63,257 nt of DNA, filler included, from Reticulomyxa filosa (GCA_000512085.1; 14 parts of 14 records of this genome joined end to end with filler, not necessarily neighbours in it); one strand, 5' to 3'; positions 38,512 to 52,309 are shown, counted from the whole stretch's first letter. Program-made: numbers and translations. The notes: generated by a model not told the origin, from the letters alone.

Positions 38512-40250
38512 TTGTTACTAAAGTTACTATGATTTTTTTTTAAGGGTCGCTAATTGTTCAATAATTATCAGAAACTTTTGGTGTCCTCTTGAAACAGATT
38601 TGAAATTTTGTAATTCTGTTGGGATATAAGATATAATTTCTTAAAGTATAGTACATGACTTGGAGTTGATAACGGTTTGACAGAAAGATTTAAAAGAAAA
38701 ACTAAAAAAGCAAATTGTAATTTTTTTAGAGATCAGTTCACGTTATACTGTCTTATACTAACATACGCTTGCTTAAAGAAACTATTGTTGCAAACATAAG
38801 CATACCAAAGAACACAACAAGTCAAACTTGCTATATTTAAAAAATAACAAAATAAAAAAGAAGCATCAATTAAAAAATAATTCAAGTATTTACCATGAAT
38901 AAAAGATAATCCTTTAATTTGTGAATCTGATAGCTATACCATACATTGATATATTATGTTTTATGTTACTATCTTAATCGAACAATATCTCAACAAAAAC
39001 ACTAACACTTAAAGATCTTTCTTCCGAAATTGCGTTAAACATTTCTCCCGTCTTTTCATTAGTTGTTCTTTTTAAATTTCTTTATTTTCTTTTTGTTTGT
39101 ATACATTTTACAAAACAATACATTAACAGATCATATGCTCAATAATTGTTTTGCAAAGTATTCCACATAAAACATCAACGATTTATTGAAAAATTATTCA
39201 CAAAATATCTATTTTCGAAATTAGATCTGCCATAGTGTTATTTCCACGTGCAAATAAGAGAAAAAGAAAGATTTAAAATTGCATCCATTATTTAAATTAG
39301 CACTACAACTAAACGATACGTAACATAACATCAAGATACGCAACTAGTATCAGCAGCAATTCGAGAGCTTTTGTATTGTTTTAATTGTGTAAAAAAGTTT
39401 TGCAATCATTGTCAAGTTGCAGACAGTTTACATTACAAGATATAATTGCATAAAATTTACAATGAAATTTCACATCATATAACATTATACGAAACAAAAT
39501 GTCGATTGTAATCCAATATAAACTTGTGCATAATGAAAAATATACTTAGTAGTTGATGTTAAACTGAATACACAAATAAAGTGCGTGAAAAAGATTAGTA
39601 CAATGCGAAATAATAACTACTATAAGATATTGCAGCATGAACACATAAATTACATCACAAAAAAGAAGAACAAACTTAAAGACAAATTTTCTTTATGTTA
39701 TTCAATGTTGTGTGGTGTCTACTGTAGAGAGCTACACTGAATGTAATACGAAAAGGTTTTACTCAAATTGAGAGTGGCTTTCAGTAAAACAAAGAAAACT
39801 AAATAACCAAAATGAATAACTCAATAAGTAAAAAAGAAAGACCAAAACAAGAATTGAAGAAATTTTGTTGAGAAGTTTAACCCAAAGGGGCTCCTCAGTT
39901 CCATAAGAGTTCAGCCGTGTGTAATAGGGGCTTGCCCTACAGTTGTTATTTGTGTATGATCAAATAAAGCAATTTGCTACCAAAATTTCTGGACTATGCA
40001 ATGCAAATTCAGATAAATTTAACATTAATTTTTTGTCGTTTGTTATATTTTACACATCAAGCTTGTGATAGACAATTTATAATCATTTGCGCTGCAGACA
40101 AGTAAATAAAATAAAGTAAACATATTTATTTCTTTTGTTCCGAAAAAACACTGCAATGATCTAGACGTAAAGTAAGTGTTCTCTTTGAATCCGAGAAAAA
40201 AACATTAAGATAATATATAGATAATTTACATTTTTATTTGTGATTGAAGC

Positions 40251-40821
40251 ATGCGATCATTTGGTTCAAGGTCTCATAGAATAAATAGAGACAGGCATGA
40301 CTATCAGTACAATTATGACAGGTTTGATAATTACGACAACTCCAACGTTATACCGACGTCAGACGAACATTTTGACAGATACGACAACTACGACAATTTT
40401 GATGAGATATACAACAAGCAAAGGTACAGCGCCACGAGGGATGACAATGGAGAGAAGGAGACGAATCCGTGGTTGATTCGCAAGCAGCAGTACGAGGAGT
40501 TGAAAGCAAGAAAGGAGGTTGAGATGAGAATTCAAAGCGAGCAGACAAATGCGGAAGAAAAGATGAAAGAAAAAGAAAAGGGGTTGAAAAGCAAAGAAGA
40601 AGAAGAGAAAGAGCAACAAAAAAAAAAAAAAAAAAAAGAAAAAAAAGCCAAAAGAGAAAAGCATTGAGCAAATTCGATTGGAAGAAAAGATTGCACGACG
40701 ACCTAAGCCAACCGAAGTGACATTGGCTGACTTTGTCAATCACTTTCTTGTTCAACACGGTTCACGAAAAGTGAATAAAAAAAATCCACCTGCATCCACT
40801 GCTTCCAAGCGCAAAAATAAA

Positions 40822-40853
<32 letters not shown>

Positions 40854-40957
40854 TGACGGGGATCTTAACACTGATAATACAATTGCGAAAAAGCAAACCC
40901 ACACTGCGAAAAAGTCAAAGGCTATCAAACATCCGACTATCACAAGTGTACAACAAG
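40251..40957 (+). CDS. Hypothetical charged/low-complexity protein, first exon
   Basis: Two overlapping frames joined by an indel in the poly-A run at ~40617-40640. Contains a duplicated DR(F/Y)DNYDN peptide and a coiled coil. Confidence 0.5.
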
Positions 40958-42861
40958 TACTTTATTTGTTTATTTATTTATCCTTCCCTTTTTAATGTTT
41001 CGAAACTTAAAAACTAATCAAATTTGAACCTATCTTTTTTTTTTTTTTTTTTTTNNNNNNNNNNNNNNNNNNNNNNNNNNNNNNNNNNNNNNNNNNNNTT
41101 AATTAATTAANNNNNNNNNNNNNNNNNNNNNNNNNNNNNNNNNNNNNNNNNNNNCAATTTATATGAAGTCCTTCGAAATTTTTAAAAATCATATTTTTCA
41201 TCAACCTAGAAAAAACTTATCATAAAACCAATTTCATATTTAAAAACTACAAGATTAGTATATTAAAAAAAAAAAATTAGGTTTAAAGCTTTATTTTTCA
41301 TGGAGAAAATCTATTCTCTTCATATAGTGCCATTTAGGTATGTCAGTTTTTGCAATTTACTGTAGTAAGTAATAAATCAAAACTCTGACAAAATTTGTCT
41401 GTCCATATATTATCGTCAAGCAAACATGACATGTAAATGTATTAATAAAAAACATATAGGAATATTGAGAAGACTGATTGTAATACGAAAGAAACTTAGT
41501 TCCAAAAAGCAACTTCAGTAAAAGAAAATTAAATTGACAAAAATAATTTCAACACAAAAGTAAACAAGTAAAAACAAGACAAAAGTTAGTTGTGTCGTGA
41601 AGATAGTTTTAACCCACATGAGGTCCCATCGTTCCATTAGTATTTGAAATTATATAATAGTGACTTACCCTACAAACAAAAATAGTTTCAGAAAACAGTA
41701 CATATATCGAAATTAAGAAAATTAAACCCATAGTATACATCAGCATAACTGGAAAACATTGACAGCACACCAATATTGTAATATACAGTACCCTCATTGA
41801 AGCAAATTGAGTACACACATGTTTTGGAACCAACAGACAAAGTACATTTCTGAGCAATTGTCACCTATCAGACAAACAAACGACGACTTGCACAAATCCA
41901 AAATTGTCCAACGCGACATGACTGAATCAGTTCGAATAATAAGTCAGTACCTGAACTGAAGCAATTTGCTTCAATCATCACGTTGCTTGGAGCAGGCAAA
42001 GATTAGTTGACATATTGCAAAGTCTTTTTTTGTTACTAAAACTTCCCCTTCACTTCCACCAAAGTCTTTCCCTTGTTTCTTTGTTATCCTTTTTGTCTTG
42101 TATCTAGTGATTTATTTTCTTATTTAGTTTACTTCCGTTCTATTGAAAATTCATTCTAACAGCAATTCTTTCGTATAAATTTAAGTGGTCATCCCTCATA
42201 CACTGTGTTACAATTTACTCGACACATTTTTGTATTTAAATCAAAATTTTTATTTTCTTTTTCCTAACAGAAAGACATTATTTTGTCAAAAGCTATTCCT
42301 TTTTAAAGTCTCTATTTTTTTTACACGCTCCTGCCATGAAAAGGAATAGTATATTATTTTAAAGTTAAACCTTTTGAAACGAATGCTAATTTGGCCAATA
42401 AAACAGTCTCATTATTGTAAAAAAGAGATACAAACAAATTCTTTCTAAAAGCAAAAACGACAAAATATCAAAAACAAGTAAAAAACAGCAAAACATTAAC
42501 CTGATAACATACTTGCTTTGCTATATAACATTGATATTTAAGTTAGATAATACTAAAGATAATTGATAACTTATGATATTAACAACATGGCATGGCTAAA
42601 AAGAGCACTATGATGCATGTTGTCAGATTCCGAGTATAAGATCTACATTTGTGTGCAAAATCCGTTTGTTTTAAAGTTGAAAAGACTTATTTAATATTTG
42701 AGACATTGTAATTTCTGACTGTCTTTGCTTCAATCACTTCAACCAGAAGATCACTCGATATCGAAACGGTAAAAAAAGAAACTAACATAAAAAGGGCACA
42801 AGTTCAGAATATTAAAAATACCAAAAAATTTTCGTGTGAAAAGTACAAGACATTTCTTTTT

Positions 42862-44062
42862 ATGGCTAAAGTGGGTGCTACATATGCAGGTTGTTTGTTT
42901 CTGTGATCTTTCAAGACTGCCCTAAAAAAATTTTAAAAAAAACGTTCGCAACATAAAGACGCAGTATATGTGATCAACATTTCCGGATACATTTGCATGA
43001 TTGCTCAGGCAGCAGTATTAATTGACTGGATCCTGAATATTTACTGGGGGAGATCACTGCTTCAGCCACGTGCAAAAGGGGCGTATGTGGACATGCTCGA
43101 TCATATTGGCTCAGTGACACCTGCACCATATAGCAAGGAGATACAGAGCAGGACCGCGTCACCACGACAAGGCAAGGAAGCAACAGGTATTAAAAAGCAA
43201 AAACGTATACTTTTTTTACTGACTTTATTTTTACGTGCGTTTTCAAAAAAAAAAAAAAGACAACAGCACTTCAGCTCATTTGACAGTGAATTGCATTTGC
43301 AGTAAAAAATTTAATTTTGTCGTGTGCACGTTGCATAGTGGTAACGCAAGCACAATCTCCAAAAATGTGAAAGGAAAGTGGTTAATTACGCTGTCGCTGG
43401 TCTTTGGTTTATTGTACATTTTGAGTACAATAATAGCGTCGCAGCTCTTCATTGCAGGGGGCACAATTCCTTGCCTGCCCACCAACTTTCGCCTGCTGTT
43501 TGTGTATTCGGAAAGAGCTTTAATGTATTTTTACTTTGGCAAAAGACTGCAGCTTACATTTAAAAACACAGCATACGCGTACTCGAAAGTGTTTCTGTTT
43601 GTGCTGTTGTGGATCTTTCTGCCTTTGTTCGTAACTGGACTGGTTTGGTATTATTATCGGAGTTGGCACTGCACAACTTCTGGGATCGTTGAAGGGTACG
43701 CTGTGTTGGTTGTTTTGGATTGCTTGTATGCCATTGGACTCTGGTGCCTGTTTGTTTCTAAAATGCGTCAGGTCATTAAACAAATGAACTTGTCAAGTAG
43801 ACCAGCGGCGGACAACAAGTCGTCTGAACCGTTGCGAATTAAACGTATTATCAATAAGTTCACCATTTTATCTTCGGTCATGGTTGTCTCCTCTCTGATT
43901 TCGTATATATTATATCTATGGCTTTGGACTGCTCCTGTTCTTGTCGACATTGTTATCAATGGCCTTGGTTTAGTGCTGAGTTTTCAACGCTATCATTTGT
44001 GGTACTTGTTTTGTTGTGTCACTTGTCGTAGGTGTTGTGAGCCTAAAGATTTATGGACATAA
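42862..44062 (+). CDS. Divergent seven-transmembrane (GPCR-like) receptor
   Basis: Seven hydrophobic segments, YFGKRLQLTF at the end of TM3, and a Cys-rich tail after TM7 (FCCVTCRRCC). Short first exon MAKVGATYA, intron 42889-42958. Confidence 0.7.
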
Positions 44063-44854
44063 AGCAGATTTTGTTTTGTACTGTACAATATCGCAAGCGA
44101 AAGTCTCTATTTCATTACTTCGGTAAACTTTTTTACTCATCGAAAATCAATCAAAGCCACACATCTCTGGGACTGTATTACACTTTTGCAAATCCAAATA
44201 ACAAGTAAATCAGCAAGGATTTTTTAATACAAAACTTCTTTCATTTTCGCATTTTTTAATATGTTTTGTCACCTTACAAACGTATCCAATCTCCGAAACA
44301 TACAGTGTCAGGGAGACCACAAACTGTAACAAAACACTAGTTGACAATTTTTTTTAACGCTTAAATTTTTATAAAACAATAAAATTGTCATTATTTCTTT
44401 TAATATACAATTTAAAAATGACCAACAGATGAAAAGCGAGAAAAGATAAATCTATAGTTAAAAAAAAACTGGAGCTACATATAAATAAGATCAAAGTGTT
44501 ATTGTTCTAGGACAGCACAACCAACAGAAAAAGTGCCTTTACATTTTAGAGGCGTCTAATATTGGCAGAACTTTTAAGATTTCAAAAAAAATTCAGTAAG
44601 TGGCAGCTTAAAGAACTGCAAAAACGTAATCACAGAAAAAATAAATTATTTATGTTTTGGGAAAAAATAATAATATTTTTAAAAAGGCAGTTATTTTGGT
44701 ACTACAAGATTTTAATATCAGCTAAAAACGTTGTCTTTGATAACATAAATTAGAGCATTTGCAATTTTTTTTTTGCAGGTGGTTCGGCTAAGACAGGAAG
44801 GAAAAAAAAGACTAATATATTTATTATTTGTGATATTCATAAAATTGAATTACT

Positions 44855-46466
44855 ATGTCTCAATCAACATCTTCCGAGGCTGTAAGTGGAAATCCTTCTG
44901 TGGATTTCATTGCGTCATTGGTGGCAGCGGAATCTTCAGCCCATGGTTTTACAGAAGAAAATGCTCAAAAACTTTTCGAATTTTATTGTATTGAGAAAAG
45001 TGAAGCGCTGCAGCCACCAGACGTGCGCAAGTTGCTTTTTGACGTGTTGGAAGCATTCAAGTGGCCATTGGTAGTACCTGATGAATGCTTGGACGTTGTA
45101 TTTGAAGAGATCAGCATAAGCGACAAGAACAGCATGACGTGGGTGGAATTCAAATCGTTTTTTGTGTTTTTGCAAGACAAGCCTTTGCATACATTGTTAC
45201 AATTGGTAACAAAAGGAATTTCCAGAGAAGAGTTGTCTGTTGCAAGATTGATAGCAATAGATCCAATTGAATCCATTGAGAACCCCTCTTTCGAAAGGCC
45301 TTTATTTCAACACGTTACAAAAAAAAAAAAAAAAGAATACACGTACACATAATGTTCATATGTCCAAGATTGACCTTGATTGCGTGTGCAATACACAAAT
45401 GATCAATTAGGCTGTGGAGAAAATGTTGGGAGAGGGAACGACCAGTGTGTACATCTATTTTTTAGGCGGTGGTAGTGTATTGGCCCTCGGCTTAGGAAAA
45501 TTCAATGCACCTCAAGAGCAAGTACGAAGTGAACAGATACAAATTGGAGATTTCACGTATAATGTCAAAACTCAAGGATTTGATACGAGCAAGGACATGT
45601 TTCCACCCATTCAAAGAACTGCCGGATTCAGCAGTAAAGTGGCACGAAAAATCGCTGACACCTATGTGGTCGCAAAGCAATGGGATAAACGCAATTTGAA
45701 AATTGGTCAAAGAACTGCAGATTTGGCCAAGCTTGCCAAAGAAAAATGGCAAGAATTTGACGCGAAATATCAAGTCCATGAGAAAGTCGACAATGCGTCC
45801 AAAACCACCGTCGATGCTGTCAAAGTTATTCACTCTTCGCTCTCCCTTTTTTTTAAAGATTATTTTTATTATCAATACATAAAAAATGTTTTTATGTGGC
45901 CCCAATGAAGGCATTTGATGAAAAACACCAAATCACTCGAAGATTGAGCGAAACAGCGAAAAGCATAGATGAAAAGTTTGAAATCAGCTCGACAGTCCAA
46001 TCACAGGTCGAAAAAATTAAAACCAATGAAAAAGTGCAACAGGTGTCTACCAAGGTCTCTCAAATTGTAAAAACTGGACTTGATACGATCGAACAGATCA
46101 CCAAAGAAACTCAACAAGTTTCGCGATATCCAAAAACTTAACGTTTTTATTTATTTCGTTGTCGCTTTGTTTGGCACAAAGGAATAAGAGATTGCAAAAA
46201 TTACACATTTTCCAAACCATGAAAAGTAATACTTGAAAATTAAACATATCTTATTTTTTAATTGATTGATTTTTGTCGTAACCAAGCTGGTGACTGAGAA
46301 AGAAGCCCACGGCCAATTAGGAGAAAAGAAAGAAGAAACATCTCTACATCCGACCAACGAAGTTGATTTGAGTACCTTAGCAAGTGCTACCGAAAACACT
46401 TCAGAAACCCAAGCTGCCAGTGGTAATACCAAAGATGCACAGCCAGACACAGAATCGCAAGTATGA
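44855..46466 (+). CDS. EF-hand-like protein with C-terminal (F/I)DEK(H/Y/F) helical repeats
   Basis: LFEFYCIEKSEALQPPDVRKLL and VFEEISISDKNSMTWVEFKSFF form an EF-hand-like pair. Repeats FDAKYQV, FDEKHQI, IDEKFEI. Four phase-0 exons. Confidence 0.7.
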
Positions 46467-47197
46467 AAGTCAGTGTATACCTGAAGAGTAAGGATATTGC
46501 AGTTTAAATGTTGGTTGTTTTTTTTAATTGACGATTCATAACGAATTGTGCTTTAACTATTTAGTTGTTTTGTGAAAAACTCTTTTAAGTCTCTTACTAA
46601 TAATTGAACAAGTAGTCGTTCAGTGGTAATTAAATTTAACTTCATACATTAGTTTACATAATCTCTGATTTTTGCAGACATTGACAAAAAAATGTTGTGA
46701 AAAGTTTCTTATAAAATATCAATTTTTTTGAAAATATAGCCTTCAAAGTATATTATTCATTTGCATCAGGATTAGAAATGAGTGATTTTTATGTTATTGG
46801 AAATTTAATCTTGAAGTTCTATGATCAGTGAGCTTTAATTGTTTCGAAAGAATATTTGAAAGTTTTAAACAAATTTATTTTATGTGCACGTTTCTACGAC
46901 GTTTTGTTTTTGTGTTTACAGAAAAAGATATCCCCACGCTCAAAAAAAGGATTATTGCATGGTTCTGGGAATATTCCTAAATGTGCTGAGTTTGAAGAAA
47001 TTCGCTTTGATTTTAGCTGAGTATTCAAAAAATAAGTTTTTCATTGAAAATTACACCTTTTTTAATTTTTCAACAATTTTTGAGCCACAAAGAGCCAATT
47101 ATTGAGACAAATATGAAGTGATTAGTTTGTGCAAAAACAAGTTAAGGAACTCGTAAGAGAACTCTTATTTCTTCGAAGATGTTAACTTGTTGTTGCA

Positions 47198-49070
47198 TTA
47201 TAGTTGACTTGTATTATCCCCTTCTTGTGTAGAGAGAGTTGTTTTAGGAACATCGATTTCGACCTTGGACATTTCATCAGTAATACATTTAGTGCCAAAA
47301 TCATTTTGTGAGCTGTCATTTGAACAATTCAAATGAAAATTTTGTGTTTCGGTGTGATTATCAGTGTTGTCAATAGTTTGGTTTTGTGTTAATGTGTCGG
47401 TGCATTGATGAGAAGAAAAGCCAGTGCAGTTGGCATTTCCGCCTAGTGAGAAAATCTTCAGTCTTAGTTCTTCTATTTCGCGAGTCATTTCATGTTCTCG
47501 TTCCAATTGTCCCTTTTGTGTTTGTGGATTCAAATGATTTCAAAACTAGCAATTTGTGTATTGTTTTTTAAAAACAAGAATGATAATTTAAAAAAAAAAA
47601 GAGATTGAACTGCAATGTAATTTTTTAATGCCATATTTTCATAATGCAGCAACACAGCCAAGTTATTCAAGTATTGTCCACGTTTCCTTGCTCTGTAAGC
47701 GGCCTCACGATTTTGTTGTTTCCTTCGATCGGCCTTTTCCTGTTTGGTCAGTCCCATGGTATAATTACCACGATCCCTTGACTTGAACAAAGCGATTAGT
47801 TCATGAACATTGATTAGACTGCCTTTGACTTGGTAATCATGATGAGTGTCATTTTGATCAAAGTAGACCTTGGCCTCGATGATTTCCTCTTTGTCATTTC
47901 GACAGACTTTTTTGAGTACACTGAGATGATCTCTCTCCTTGGGCTTTTCAACAGAGACCATTCCCGAGTTTTGCACCTGCTCAAAGGCCTGGAACAGGTC
48001 CTTATTGCTGTAACTTCGATCCAAGTCGACGTCCGCTGTCTTCTTTGTGAACATGCGTCGGGCTCGTTTGGTCTTTTTTGGCGACGGCGACGACGTGGCC
48101 ACATGAAAGGGAGAGAACTTACTGTGGGTGCATCCGTCGTTGTCAAACGAAGGAGACAGTGGAACGAGTTGTGCATCAAACAATTTGGAAGTGTCTCCAC
48201 ATAAAATGGCCGGCGACAATTGCTTATTTGCAAATTTGCTGTTGTTACATTCGTGAGACGTCCTTTCGAAATCCATTGTCAGAAAGGCCTTCATTGTCTC
48301 ATGACTGTCGTTTATATCGTGTTGTTTGTTATCAATCGCCGTCGATACTTCACTCATCGTTCGCGTATTCACTTTGTGATTGCCCTTTTATTGTTTCATT
48401 CAATATACTTTCTCTCTTCTTCTTTGTGCTCGATAATACAACAGATATGAGTTTGGAGTTGACTCAACTTCCCCGCCGCCGTGCGGGTTGCCACTACGCT
48501 CAAACGATGGACTCGTGTCCTCAAGCAAACACGACGACGATGGCGAGGCCGATGAAAAGTCTCGCTCTTGACGGTCGTCCGCATTTTGGCCTTGGCCTTG
48601 GCCTTGGTCTTGCGAACGTCGATCTGAAAGACTTGAAAAGTCCATCGATGCAAAGTCCAGATTTATCATCGGAGGCAATGCAAACAATGGATTCGTTATT
48701 GGATAGCGCATTCCTGCTGCGTCCAACAGCTCACTGTGAAATCTGTACATTCATCACAGTTTATATTTTTCTTTTTTTCTTTGCTTCTTCTTCTTTTCAC
48801 AAATCAATCACTCGCGCTCTCACGCCAATTGCAAACGCAAGTCGCTATTGCCATCCTCTTCTTTTGTTTTTTTTTTGCTCCAACACAAATGTATGTCACT
48901 CACGAGGCACGTTGCAAGGCGTCCGTTGTTTCTTCAAGGTCCTCTGATTTTGGCGAAACAAACCGGTTCGCTTCCTGTGCTGTTACAAGCAAATTGCTTT
49001 TATATTTTTTCTTTTGTGGCATGGACATGGAAATGTCCATAAACTCATGATTGGAAGGATTAAAGTCCAT
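47198..49070 (-). CDS. bZIP transcription factor, multi-exon
   Basis: EKADRRKQQNREAAYRARKR basic region followed by heptad L..L..ENMALK. Start MDFNPSNHEF at 49070 is tentative. Confidence 0.8.
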
Positions 49071-49425
49071 GTCACAAATGGATAAAGTTTCCTTTTTGCT
49101 TGGGCAAAAAGAGCCTTTTAAAGCTTGTCACGAAAGGAGTTGAATGCTTTTCAACAGAAAGATACACACATCATGTGTACTTGCGCAATAAGACGCGAAT
49201 AGTGTGTCTCCCTACTGTAGGTATAGCATTTGCAGACTGTATATTTCAATGCTTGGAGAAGCGAATTGTATCCCACAAACATAATAGTACTATGCTGCCA
49301 TACAAATTACTTGCAAATGCAGTGTGTAAGATATTGACACATGTTAGAAGGGGAGAACAAATTTTTAATTGTTTGGAGTGTTTCTTGTTCAAAGAAAAAA
49401 AACTACCACAAAAAAAAAAAAAAAA

Positions 49426-51174
49426 ATGAAAAAATTTGTTGGTGAAATTAATAAATTTGATTATCAAAAACTAAAGCACTCAGTGACCCAGGTTCGAACC
49501 CGTGACGGTCGTGTGTATAACGAATCTTGGACAAATGAAAGTAAGACAGAAAGTAAGGAGGAAAACAAAAGTTCAGAAGCGACTTGGAAAAGAGATTCAG
49601 CGGCGGCAATGGCATTGTCGGGACCAGTGCTAATGGTATCGGATCGTATTCCGTTTTGTTACAATGCACAACAACAGATATGGGACGCAGTTCAAATCCG
49701 TCCAAACGTACGAAAAGACCCATCGACAAGCAACCTGTCGAATGTAAGTGCAAATACGGACAAAGACAAGAGTCGACATAGTTCGACGTCGTTTGTGCCG
49801 TTTGTGATATCGAAAGAGTTGTCAATCGCGACGGTGTGTTTCGCGCCAACACGTCAGTCGACAGAAAAAGAGAAAGAAGACAAAGTGCCAAAGCAATTCA
49901 AAGAAATGATGGAGTGGTTGAAGGTGCAACAGCCATCAGTAATGTTGTTTTTGTATTTGGAAAATGATAAGATCTTTGAGTATTTAATGAAAGAGTGTCT
50001 ATGGATTGGTAAGAAGTATGTGTGCAGCGACAATCACAATGGCTTCAATTCGAAGCAATGGAAGTGCGTTGTGTTTTCGTCATTGTATGTGGACAAGCTG
50101 CAAGTGAGCAAGCTGTACAGCAATAAGCATCTGCTTTCGCGAGGTAGCAATAACAGTGAGAATGGTTCTCTGTTCAAACGTGGCAATGGCTCTACTGCAA
50201 ACAAAGACGATGTCATATACGATACAGCGTGGTTCATTTCATTACATGTCAACACCATTCATTCCGATGAGCCTTTGATCATTTCTCTGATTCAACACAA
50301 TCGCGTGGACAGCTTTTTTCAACAGGTACAACTCACGCAGGCCTTTCAATATATCGACAGCATCACAAAGTCCACAGACACCAATGCATCCAAGTTTGTT
50401 CCATTTTCGATTTGTTGTTAGTTCGCATATCTGCATATTTGCATATCCGCATATCCTCTTAAGTGAAGTCACAACCGTGTGTGTTGCGTTATAAATCTAC
50501 CTTTTGTGTTCCCCATGGTTCACAGCGCAGATACAAAAAATCGTGAGTCCTCTTCCCTCGATAACATCAAATCTGAGGTTAGTTCCGTGCTGCTCCCGCC
50601 ACGGTTTCAGGATTTCTTCATTGTTGGTCAGGCTTGTGAAACGGCCATCGATTTGCCAAAGACGTATCATTTTCAACATTGCTCTCAACTTTTGAAATTA
50701 CAAAACACTAATGACTTGCCCTCTTTTTCTCCTCTCTCTTCCGAGATCCTATCTGACGATGACCACAAGATCTCTGATCACGAACGTGCCAAATTGTCTC
50801 ATACCAACAGCTCTCAAACTTCTGAGCTGAGTCAGCGCTTCAGCTTTGGTGACTTTCTCAAGAAATCGCCCAATCTCTTTGCTGGCTTGAAAAAGGGCTC
50901 TCCTCAAAAAGACAAAGACCATTCCAACGGTCGGTCCACTGATAAATTGTCAGAAACATTCGACTTACCCATCTTCAATGTTTGGAAGTCCAAAGAATGG
51001 ATTCCAGAGTGCATTGAAGTTTTTGGCCAAGGGGATCAACACGAACAAAAACGACATTTACTTAGCGAACACGCCACATCATCATTTTTGGAAGATAGGT
51101 TTTCTCCGAATTGTGTAGACGGGAAATGTCAATGCTTGTTTCATGCAAATTGTGTATACTTTGTCAGACAATGA
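49426..51174 (+). CDS. Protein with a thymosin/WH2-like (DUSP19 N-terminus-like) motif and a degenerate EEP-fold domain
   Basis: EINKFDYQKLKHSVTQVRTRDGRVYNE; later LSIATVCF..EWLKVQQPSVMLFLYL..WIGKKYVCSD..CVVFS. Intron at ~50393-50525. Confidence 0.55.
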
Positions 51175-52099
51175 CATTTACTCTTGTTCTGTTTATTGTT
51201 GCCTTTTAGCCGTTTAAACTTTTGAAATTCAATATTTCAAAATTGAATTCAACTAATATTGCAAGTTTTTGACCATTTTATGCTATCTTACCAGTCATTA
51301 TCAACTATCTCTGCGAAATACAATTAACTTGATCAGGCTTTCGGTCTCTGATGGATTAATTATGGTCCTCTAGGCTTGCAAATACCTATGGAAACTTTTA
51401 CCAAAGTAAATTGGATGTTTTTTTGAATTGGTGTATCATCTTTACAATCTTCATTTTGCACATATTAAAGTTGTTGTGAACACAGCCAGTTGGAAAAAAA
51501 TCCACGATGTGTTCACTTTAAATTATGAGCTACTAGGTTTCTCAGGTGATCTAGAGACTTTGTGATATCAACCGGTCTGATCAAAATATACGTTGATATT
51601 CAATAATTCAGAGAAAGAAACATTAATATATTTTTGGTTATTGTTTTTATGTTTCATTTTTCTTTCAGATTTTGATATTAAATATTTTATTTTGCTTTTG
51701 GTTTTTGTTTTTTTTGGTTTTAATAATGATTTGAAAAGTGCAAATGTTGTTTTATTGATTACTTTGTAAGACATTATAGTTTTAGTACTGTATTCCGTGT
51801 GAGGTACTTGGTTATGATGTTTTTTCTTTCGTTTTTTCTTGTTTTCTTCTTGGAATTTCAACATTCTCAATATAAAAAAAAAGTGTTGGATTACTATATC
51901 GCTTAATCAAACTGCTTTTTGCCCTATCTACATGCATAAATTAAGGTCTTTCTAGTTAAAAGAGCACTTCGTTATAAGAAATAGAACAGAGTACTTAAAA
52001 AAGAAACATAAAACAAAAGAAAGACACAAGATCTTACAACGACCAAAGATCCATGCAAAAATAATCAAAAGAAAAACAATAAAGTTATTTCAATTTAAA

Positions 52100-52309
52100 T
52101 TGACATCTTCTTGAAGAAGATTGACAATTATTAAAATCTTCTCTTGATATAGACTGCGAACTTGGTTTCTGCTTTCAAAACTTTGATCATAACATATTGT
52201 TCCCATGATCGATCACAATAATGAATTGCTCATTGACAGGGACAATACATTGATATCTGGAAGCAATTCTTGAACATTTGTCCACAAATTGCGACGTGAT
52301 TCAATATAC
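52100..52309 (-). pseudogene. Gene relic, possibly VPS50/syndetin-like
   Basis: YIESRRNLWTNVQ..EQFIIVID with frameshifts and stops. The resemblance is from memory only. Confidence 0.25.

Noticed and set aside
37381-39891. Shared CCCCTTTGGGT 11-mer in opposite orientations
   Set aside because: On different contigs with no extended similarity; consistent with chance.
40678-40760. Possible SECIS-binding protein 2 N-terminal motif
   Set aside because: Similarity too weak; no L7Ae domain visible in the contig.
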